A stretch of 64,000 bases of DNA, taken from the NCBI RefSeq assembly GCF_009914755.1, contig NC_060948.1. One strand, written 5' to 3'. The notes below the pieces were generated by a model that saw nothing but the letters and a program-made list of their open reading frames with translations, had not been told where the DNA came from and did no database searches. This DNA is from the human T2T-CHM13v2.0 reference genome, Homo sapiens. This document shows, piece after piece, positions 1 to 10,199 of this stretch. The translations under genes and the position numbers were made by a program. The stretch's first letter is position 1, and each line of letters starts with the position of its first letter.

Positions 1-206
1 TGGAATTAAATGGAAATGAATCAAATTGAATAGAACGGAATTGAATTGAATGGAATCGAATGCAATGGAATCTAATGAAACGGAAAGGAAAGGAATGGAA
101 TGGATTGGAATGGAATGGGCTGGAATGGAATGGAATCGAAACGAATGGAATGGAATCGAACTGAAGATACTGGAATGGAATGCACTGGAATGGAAGGGAA
201 TGTAAT

Positions 207-221
207 GGAAGGTTCTCGAAA
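207..221. promoter_or_regulatory. Perfect three-unit heat-shock element gGAAggTTCtcGAAa (HSE-a, per unit)
   Basis: Exact match to nGAAnnTTCnnGAAn; recurs at 3751 and equivalent positions; function not demonstrated. Confidence 0.45.
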
Positions 222-1247
222 AAAATGGAATCGAAAGGAATGGAATTGAATGGAACGGAATAGAGTCGAATGGAATTGAATGGAATGGAATGGACTAGAG
301 TGAAATGGAATCGAACCACAAGGAATGGACAGGAATAGAATGGTCTCGAATTGAATGGAATCGTATGGAATGGCATCAAACGGAATGGAATGGACAGCCA
401 CGGAATGGAATGGACACCCACGGAATGGAATGCACTCGAATGCAATGGAGTCGACACTAATGGACTGGAATAGAATGGACTCGACTGGTACGGACTCCAA
501 TGGAATGGAATCGAATGGAAGGGAATCGAACGGAATGGACTCGAAGGGAAAAGACTGCAATGGAAAGGTCTCGAATGGAATGGAAATTAATGGAATGGAA
601 TGGAATCGAATGAAATGGAGTCAAAAGGAATGGAATCGAATGGCAAGAAATCGAATGTAATGGAATCGCAAGGAATTGATGTGAACGGAACGGAATGGAA
701 TGGAATCCAAAGGAATGGAATAGAATGGAATGGAATCGAATGGAAAGGACTCGAATGGAAATCACTCGAATAGAATGCAATTTAATAAAATAGGATCAAA
801 TGTAATGGAATGGAATGGAAAGGAATCGAAACGAAAGGAATGGAGACAGATGGAATGGAATGGAACAGAGAGCAATGGTATAGAATGGAATGGAATCATC
901 TGGAATGGAATTGAATGGAATGGAATAATATGAAATGGAATGGAATGGAATGGAATGCCCTTGAATTAAATGGAGTGGAATGGAATGGACTCGAACAGAG
1001 TGGAATGGAAAGTGTTGAAATAGAATGGAATGGACTCGTTTGGAATGGTCTAGTATACAATGCAATCGATCGGCAGGGAATCAAAAGGAATGTAATCGAA
1101 TGGATTGGACTGGAATGCAATGGACTCGAATAGATTGGAAACGGAAAGCAAAGGAATGGAATGGAATAGTATGGAATGGAATGGAAAGGAATGGAGTGGA
1201 ATAGACTAGAGTGGAATGGAATGGACTCGAAAGCAATGGACTGGAAT

Positions 1248-1262
1248 GGAACTTTCTTGAAT
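1248..1262. promoter_or_regulatory. Perfect three-unit heat-shock element gGAActTTCttGAAt (HSE-b, per unit)
   Basis: Exact match to nGAAnnTTCnnGAAn; recurs per unit; function not demonstrated. Confidence 0.45.
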
Positions 1263-2969
1263 GGACTGGAATCAAACGGAATGGAATGCAATGCAATCAA
1301 ATGGCATGGAATAAAATAGAATGAAAGAGAATCAAATGGAATTGAATCGAATGGAATCGAATGGATTGGAAAGGAATAGAATGGAATGGAATGGAATTGA
1401 CTCAAATGGAATGGACTAGAATGGAATGGATTCGAATGGAAGGCAAAGGAATGGAATCTATTGGAATGGACTGTAATGGAATGGAATGGAAAGGATTGGA
1501 ATGGACTCGAATGGAATGGACTGCAATAGAAAGGATTCGAATGGAATGAAAAAGAATTGAATGGAATAGAACAGAATGGAATCAAATCGAATGAAATGGA
1601 ATGGAATAGAAAGGAATGGAATGAAATGGAATGGAAAGGATTCGAATGGAATGCAATCGAATGGAATGCAATCGAATGGAATGGAATCGAACGGAATGGA
1701 ATAAAATGGAAGAAAACTGGCAAGAAATGGAATCGAAATGAATGGAGTGTTATGGAACGGACTCAAAAGGAATTGAATGTAATAGAATGGAGTGGAGTGG
1801 ACTCGAATATAATGGACTGGAATGGAATGAAATCACATGGAATGGGAACGAATGGAATGGAATGGAAAGGAATGGAATCGAATGGAAAGGAATCGAATGG
1901 AAGGGAATGAAATTGAATCAACAGGAATGGAAGGGAGTAGAATAGACGGTAATGGAATGGACTCGAATAGAATGGACACGAAGGCTCAAATTGAATGGAC
2001 TCGAATGGAATGGAAACGAAAGGAATGTCATCGAATGGAATTGAATCGATTGGAATGAAATCACATAGAATGGAGTGGAATCAAATGGAATTGAATCGAA
2101 AGGAAAGGAAGCGAATGGACTGAAATGAAATGGAATGGAATTGAATGGAAATTCATGCAATGGAATAGAATGGAACGAAATTTCACGGAATGGAATCAAA
2201 CTGAATGGAATCAAATCAATGGAATATAATCAAATGGAATGGAAAGGAATTGAATGGAGTAGATTGGATTGGATGGGATTGGAATGAAATGTACTGGAAA
2301 GGACTCGAATTTCATGAAACGGAATGGAATGAATTAGAACGGAATGGACTCGAATGGAATGGAATGTCATGGAATGGCATCAAATGGAATGGAATCGATT
2401 GCGATGGAATGCTATGGAATGGAATGGAATGCATTGGAATGGAATGTCCTCTAATGGAATGGATTCGAGTGGAATGGAATCGAATATAATGGAGTCTAAT
2501 GAAAGGGAATTGAAAGGAATGGGACCGAATACAATGGAATATACTGGAATGTAATGTAATGAACTCGAATGTAATTGACTGGAATGGAATGTACATGAAT
2601 GGAATGTAATCGAATGGAAAGCAATCCAATGGAATAGAATCTAATGCAATAAAATCGACTCAAGTAGAGTAGAATGTAATGGAATGGAGTGCAGTGCAAT
2701 GGAATGGAATGGAATGGAATGCAATGGAATGGAATGGAATGGAATGGAATGGAATGGGATGGAATGGTATGGAATGGATAGTAATGGACTGGAGTGAAAT
2801 GGACTGGAAAAGAATGGACTCAAATTGAAAGGGCTCGAAAGGAATGGAGTCAAATGGAATGGTCTGGAATGGAATGAACACGAATGTAATGCAATCCAAT
2901 AGAATGGAATCGAATGGCATGGAATATAAAGAAATGGAATCGAAGAGAATGGAAACAAATGGAATGGAA

Positions 2970-3123
2970 TTGAATGGAATGGGAACGAATGGAGTGAAAT
3001 TGTATGCAGTAGAAGAGAATAGAATGGAATGCAAGCGAAAGGAAAGGAATGGATTGGAATGGAATGGAATTCATTGGAATGGAAGGGAATGTAGTGTAAT
3101 GGACAGGCCTGGAATAAAGTGGA
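2970..3123 (+). other. Diagnostic DYZ1 landmark segment (EcoRI 3067-3072, StuI/HaeIII 3105-3110); repeated in every unit
   Basis: TTGAATGGAATGGGAACGAATGG at 2970-2992 and GGACAGGCCTGGAATAAAGTGGA at 3101-3123. As I recall them (not verified here), these correspond to the classical Y1.2/Y1.1 DYZ1 sexing-PCR primers. Confidence 0.75.
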
Positions 3124-6100
3124 ATGCTACGGTCTCGAATGGAATAAAAATGTATGGAATGGAATGCAATGAAACGGAATCGAATGTCATAGAATGTAAT
3201 GGAATGCAAAAAAATGGAATCCAAAATCATTGACTGGAAAGGCTGGGTGTCGAAAGTAATTGACTCCAATGGAATGGAATCGAATGGAATGGAAGTGAAT
3301 AGAATGGAACTAAATCGAATGGAATGGAATTGATAGGAACGGAATGGAAAGGAATGCAATGATTTGGCATGGAATGGAATCGAATGGCATCGAATGGAAT
3401 GGAATGGAATGCAATGGAATGGAATGTATTAGAATGTAATGAACTTTAATGGAATGTACTCGAATGGATTCGACTGGAATGGAATGTTCTCGAAGTGAAT
3501 GGACTCCAATGGAATGGATTCGAAAGGAATGGAATCTAATGGAATGGAATTAAATGGAAATGAATCAAATTGAATAGAAAGGAATTGAATTGAATGGAAT
3601 AGAATGCAATGGAATCTAATGAAACGGAAAGGAAAGGAATGGAATGGATTGGAATGGAATGGGCTGGAATGGAATGGAATCGAAACGAATGGAATGGAAT
3701 CGAACTGAAGAGACTGGAATGGAATGCACTGGAATGGAAGGGAATGTAATGGAAGGTTCTCGAAAAAAATGGAATCGAAAGGAATGGAATTGAATGGAAC
3801 GGAATAGAGTCGAATGGAATTGAATGGAATGGAATGGACTAGAGTGAAATGGAATCGAACCACAAGGAATGGACAGGAATAGAATGGTCTCGAATTGAAT
3901 GGAATCGTATGGAATGGCATCAAACTGAATGGAATGGACAGCCACGGAATGGAATGGACACCCACGGAATGGAATGCACTCGAATGCAATGGAGTCGACA
4001 CTAATGGACTGAATAGAATGGACTCGACTGGTACGGACTCCAATGGAATGGAATCGAATGGAAGGGAATCGAACGGAATGGACTCGAAGGGAAAAGACTG
4101 CAATGGAAAGGTCTCCAATGGAATGGAAATTAATGGAATGGAATGGAATCGAATGAAATGGAGTCAAAAGGAATGGAATCGAATGGCAAGAAATCGAATG
4201 TAATGGAATCGCAAGGAATGGATGTGAACGGAACGGAATGGAATGGAATCCAAAGGAATGGAATAGAATGGAATGGAATCGAATGGAAAGGACTCGAATG
4301 GAAATCACTCGAATAGAATGCAATTTAATAAAATAGGATCAAATGTAATGGAATGGAATGGAAAGGAATCGAAACGAAAGGAATGGAGACAGATGGAATG
4401 GAATGGAACAGAGAGCAATGGTATAGAATGGAATGGAATCATCTGGAATGGAATTGAATGGAATGGAATAATATGAAATGGAATGGAATGGAATGGAATG
4501 CCCTTGAATTAAATGGACTGGAATGGAATGGACTCGAACAGAGTGGAATGGAAAGTGTTGAAATAGAATGGAATGGACTCGTTTGGAATGGTCTAGTATG
4601 CAATGCAATCGACTGGCAGGGAATCAAAAGGAATGTAATCGAATGGATTGGACTGGAATGCAATGGACTCGAATAGATTGGAAACGGAAAGCAAAGGAAT
4701 GGAATGGAATAGTATGGAATGGAATGGAAGGAATGGAGTGGAATAGACTAGAGTGGAATGGAATGGACTCGAAAGCAATGGACTGGAATGGAACTTTCTT
4801 GAATGGACTGGAATCAAACGGAATGGAATGCAATGCAATCAAATGGCATGGAATAAAATAGAATGAAAGAGAATCAAATGGAATTGAATCGAATGGAATC
4901 GAATGGATTGGAAAGGAATAGAATGGAATGGAATGGAATTGACTCAAATGGAATGGACTAGAATGGAATGGATTCGAATGGAAGTCAAAGGAATGGAATC
5001 TATTGGAATGGACTGTAATGGAATGGAATGGAAGGGATTGGAATGGACTCGAATGGAATGGACTGCCATAGAAAGGATTCGAATGGAATGAAAAAGAATT
5101 GAATGGAATAGAACAGAATGGAATCAAATCGAATGAAATGGAATGGAATAGAAAGGAATGGAATGAAATGGAATGGAAAGGATTCGAATGGAATGCAATC
5201 GAATGGAATGCAATCGAGTGGAATGGAATCGAACGGAATGGAATAAAATGGAAGAAAACTGGCAAGAAATGGAATCGAAATGAATGGAGTGTTATGGAAC
5301 GGACTCAAAAGGAATTGAATGTAATAGAATGGAGTGGAGTGGACTCGAATATAATGGACTGGAATGGAATGAAATCACATGGAATGGGAACGAATGGAAT
5401 GGAATGGAAAGGAATGGAATCGAATGGAAAGGAATCGAATGGAAGGGAATGAAATTGAATCAACAGGAATGGAAGGGAGTAGAATAGACGGTAATGGAAT
5501 GGACTCGAATAGAATGGACACGAATGCTCAAATTGAATGGACTCGAATGGAATGGAAACGAAAGGAATGTCATCGAATGGAATTGAATCGATTGGAATGA
5601 AATCACATAGAATGGAGTGGAATCAAATGGAATTGAATCGAAAGGAAAGGAAGCGAATGGACTGAAATGAAATGGAATGGAATTGAATGGAAATTAATGC
5701 AATGGAATAGAATGGAACGAAATTTCACGGAATGGAATCAAACTGAATGGAATCAAATCAATGGAATATAATCAAATGGAATGGAAAGGAATTGAATGGA
5801 GTAGATTGGATTGGATGGGATTGGAATGAAATGTACTGGAAAGGACTCGAATTTCATGAAACGGAATGGAATGAATTAGAACGGAATGGACTCGAATGGA
5901 ATGGAATGTCATGGAATGGCATCAAAAGGAATGGAATCGATTGCGATGGAATGCTATGGAATGGAATGGAATGCATTGGAATGGAATGTCCTCTAATGGA
6001 ATGGATTCGAGTGGAATGGAATCGAATATAATGGAGTCTAATGAAAGGGAATTGAAAGGAATGGGACCGAATACAATGGAATATACTGGAATGTAATGTA

Positions 6101-6647
6101 ATGAACTCGAATGTAATTGACTGGAATGGAATGTACATGAATGGAATGTAATCGAATGGAAAGCAATCCAATGGAATAGAATCTAATGCAATAAAATCGA
6201 CTCAAGTAGAGTAGAATGTAATGGAATGGAGTGCAGTGCAATGGAATGGAATGGAATGGAATGCAATGGAATGGAATGGAATGGAATGGAATGGAATGGG
6301 ATGGAATGGTATGGAATGGATAGTAATGGACTGGAGTGAAATGGACTGGAAAAGAATGGACTCAAATTGAAAGGGCTCGAAAGGAATGGAGTCAAATGGA
6401 ATGGTCTGGAATGGAATGAACACGAATGTAATGCAATCCAATAGAATGGAATCGAATGGCATGGAATATAAAGAAATGGAATCGAAGAGAATGGAAACAA
6501 ATGGAATGGAATTGAATGGAATGGGAACGAATGGAGTGAAATTGTATGCAGTAGAAGAGAATAGAATGGAATGCAAGCGAAAGGAAAGGAATGGATTGGA
6601 ATGGAATGGAATTCATTGGAATGGAAGGGAATGTAGTGTAATGGACA
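3106..6647 (+). repeat. DYZ1 unit, 3,542 bp (left lineage)
   Basis: GGCC-to-GGCC interval; 1-bp deletions at ~4010 and ~4730. Confidence 0.9.
3481..3495. promoter_or_regulatory. Perfect three-unit heat-shock element gGAAtgTTCt(c/g)GAAg (HSE-c, per unit)
   Basis: Exact match to nGAAnnTTCnnGAAn; recurs per unit; function not demonstrated. Confidence 0.45.
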
Positions 6648-9600
6648 GGCCTGGAATAAAGTGGAATGCTACGGTCTCGAATGGAATAAAAATGTATGGA
6701 ATGGAATGCAATGAAACGGAATCGAATGTCATAGAATGTAATGGAATGCAAAAAAATGGAATCCAAAATCATTGACTGGAAAGGCTGGGTGTCGAAAGTA
6801 ATTGACTCCAATGGAATGGAATCGAATGGAATGGAAGTGAATAGAATGGAACTAAATCGAATGGAATGGAATTGATAGGAACGGAATGGAAAGGAATGCA
6901 ATGATTTGGCATGGAATGGAATCGAATGGCATCGAATGGAATGGAATGGAATGCAATGGAATGGAATGTATTAGAATGTAATGAACTTTAATGGAATGTA
7001 CTCGAATGGATTCGACTGGAATGGAATGTTCTCGAAGTGAATGGACTCCAATGGAATGGATTCGAAAGGAATGGAATCTAATGGAATGGAATTAAATGGA
7101 AATGAATCAAATTGAATAGAAAGGAATTGAATTGAATGGAATCGAATGCAATGGAATCTAATGAAACGGAAAGGAAAGGAATGGAATGGATTGGAATGGA
7201 ATGGGCTGGAATGGAATGGAATCGAAACGAATGGAATGGAATCGAACTGAAGAGACTGGAATGGAATGCACTGGAATGGAAGGGAATGTAATGGAAGGTT
7301 CTCGAAAAAAATGGAATCGAAAGGAATGGAATTGAATGGAACGGAATAGAGTCGAATGGAATTGAATGGAATGGAATGGACTAGAGTGAAATGGAATCGA
7401 ACCACAAGGAATGGACAGGAATAGAATGGTCTCGAATTGAATGGAATCGTATGGAATGGCATCAAACGGAATGGAATGGACAGCCACGGAATGGAATGGA
7501 CACCCACGGAATGGAATGCACTCGAATGCAATGGAGTCGACACTAATGGACTGAATAGAATGGACTCGACTGGTACGGACTCCAATGGAATGGAATCGAA
7601 TGGAAGGGAATCGAACGGAATGGACTCGAAGGGAAAAGACTGCAATGGAAAGGTCTCCAATGGAATGGAAATTAATGGAATGGAATGGAATCGAATGAAA
7701 TGGAGTCAAAAGGAATGGAATCGAATGGCAAGAAATCGAATGTAATGGAATCGCAAGGAATGGATGTGAACGGAACGGAATGGAATGGAATCCAAAGGAA
7801 TGGAATAGAATGGAATGGAATCGAATGGAAAGGACTCGAATGGAAATCACTCGAATAGAATGCAATTTAATAAAATAGGATCAAATGTAATGGAATGGAA
7901 TGGAAAGGAATCGAAACGAAAGGAATGGAGACAGATGGAATGGAATGGAACAGAGAGCAATGGTATAGAATGGAATGGAATCATCTGGAATGGAATTGAA
8001 TGGAATGGAATAATATGAAATGGAATGGAATGGAATGGAATGCCCTTGAATTAAATGGACTGGAATGGAATGGACTCGAACAGAGTGGAATGGAAAGTGT
8101 TGAAATAGAATGGAATGGACTCGTTTGGAATGGTCTAGTATGCAATGCAATCGACTGGCAGGGAATCAAAAGGAATGTAATCGAATGGATTGGACTGGAA
8201 TGCAATGGACTCGAATAGATTGGAAACGGAAAGCAAAGGAATGGAATGGAATAGTATGGAATGGAATGGAAGGAATGGAGTGGAATAGACTAGAGTGGAA
8301 TGGAATGGACTCGAAAGCAATGGACTGGAATGGAACTTTCTTGAATGGACTGGAATCAAACGGAATGGAATGCAATGCAATCAAATGGCATGGAATAAAA
8401 TAGAATGAAAGAGAATCAAATGGAATTGAATCGAATGGAATCGAATGGATTGGAAAGGAATAGAATGGAATGGAATGGAATTGACTCAAATGGAATGGAC
8501 TAGAATGGAATGGATTCGAATGGAAGTCAAAGGAATGGAATCTATTGGAATGGACTGTAATGGAATGGAATGGAAGGGATTGGAATGGACTCGAATGGAA
8601 TGGACTGCCATAGAAAGGATTCGAATGGAATGAAAAAGAATTGAATGGAATAGAACAGAATGGAATCAAATCGAATGAAATGGAATGGAATAGAAAGGAA
8701 TGGAATGAAATGGAATGGAAAGGATTCGAATGGAATGCAATCGAATGGAATGCAATCGAGTGGAATGGAATCGAACGGAATGGAATAAAATGGAAGAAAA
8801 CTGGCAAGAAATGGAATCGAAATGAATGGAGTGTTATGGAACGGACTCAAAAGGAATTGAATGTAATAGAATGGAGTGGAGTGGACTCGAATATAATGGA
8901 CTGGAATGGAATGAAATCACATGGAATGGGAACGAATGGAATGGAATGGAAAGGAATGGAATCGAATGGAAAGGAATCGAATGGAAGGGAATGAAATTGA
9001 ATCAACAGGAATGGAAGGGAGTAGAATAGACGGTAATGGAATGGACTCGAATAGAATGGACACGAATGCTCAAATTGAATGGACTCGAATGGAATGGAAA
9101 CGAAAGGAATGTCATCGAATGGAATTGAATCGATTGGAATGAAATCACATAGAATGGAGTGGAATCAAATGGAATTGAATCGAAAGGAAAGGAAGCGAAT
9201 GGACTGAAATGAAATGGAATGGAATTGAATGGAAATTAATGCAATGGAATAGAATGGAACGAAATTTCACGGAATGGAATCAAACTGAATGGAATCAAAT
9301 CAATGGAATATAATCAAATGGAATGGAAAGGAATTGAATGGAGTAGATTGGATTGGATGGGATTGGAATGAAATGTACTGGAAAGGACTCGAATTTCATG
9401 AAACGGAATGGAATGAATTAGAACGGAATGGACTCGAATGGAATGGAATGTCATGGAATGGCATCAAAAGGAATGGAATCGATTGCGATGGAATGCTATG
9501 GAATGGAATGGAATGCATTGGAATGGAATGTCCTCTAATGGAATGTATTCGAGTGGAATGGAATCGAATATAATGGAGTCTAATGAAAGGGAATTGAAAG

Positions 9601-10199
9601 GAATGGGACCGAATACAATGGAATATACTGGAATGTAATGTAATGAACTCGAATGTAATTGACTGGAATGGAATGTACATGAATGGAATGTAATCGAATG
9701 GAAAGCAATCCAATGGAATAGAATCTAATGCAATAAAATCGACTCAAATAGAGTAGAATGTAATGGAATGGAGTGCAGTGCAATGGAATGGAATGGAATG
9801 GAATGCAATGGAATGGAATGGAATGGAATGGAATGGGATGGAATGGTATGGAATGGATAGTAATGGACTGGAGTGAAATGGACTGGAAAAGAATGGACTC
9901 AAATTGAAAGGGCTCGAAAGGAATGGAGTCAAATGGAATGGTCTGGAATGGAATGAACACGAATGTAATGCAATCCAATGGAATGGAATCGAATGGCATG
10001 GAATATAAAGAAATGGAATCGAAGAGAATGGAAACAAATGGAATGGAATTGAATGGAATGGAATTGAATGGAATGGGAACGAATGGAGTGAAATTGTATG
10101 CAGTAGAAGAGAATAGAATGGAATGCAAGCGAAAGGAAAGGAATGGATTGGAATGGAATGGAATTCATTGGAATGGAAGGGAATGTAGTGTAATGGACA
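6648..10199 (+). repeat. DYZ1 unit, 3,552 bp (left lineage)
   Basis: GGCC-to-GGCC interval. Confidence 0.9.

Larger units (their letters stand above)
1..3105 (+). repeat. Partial DYZ1 unit (left edge)
   Basis: Same landmark order as downstream units, up to the first GGCC at 3106. Confidence 0.9.

Noticed and set aside
784-3148. About six AATAAA hexamers per unit (784, ~1310, ~1700, ~2648, ~3113, ~3143) as polyadenylation signals
   Set aside because: They are easily produced from GAAT plus an A-rich variant pentamer, and there is no clear downstream GU/U-rich element. DYZ1 transcripts have been reported, but sequence alone cannot support these sites.
3236-3256. GGAAAGGCTGGGTGTCGAAAG as an Alu 5' remnant
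   Set aside because: Only ~10 bp resemble the Alu start (GGCTGGGTG). It sits in pentamer register and no further Alu sequence follows.
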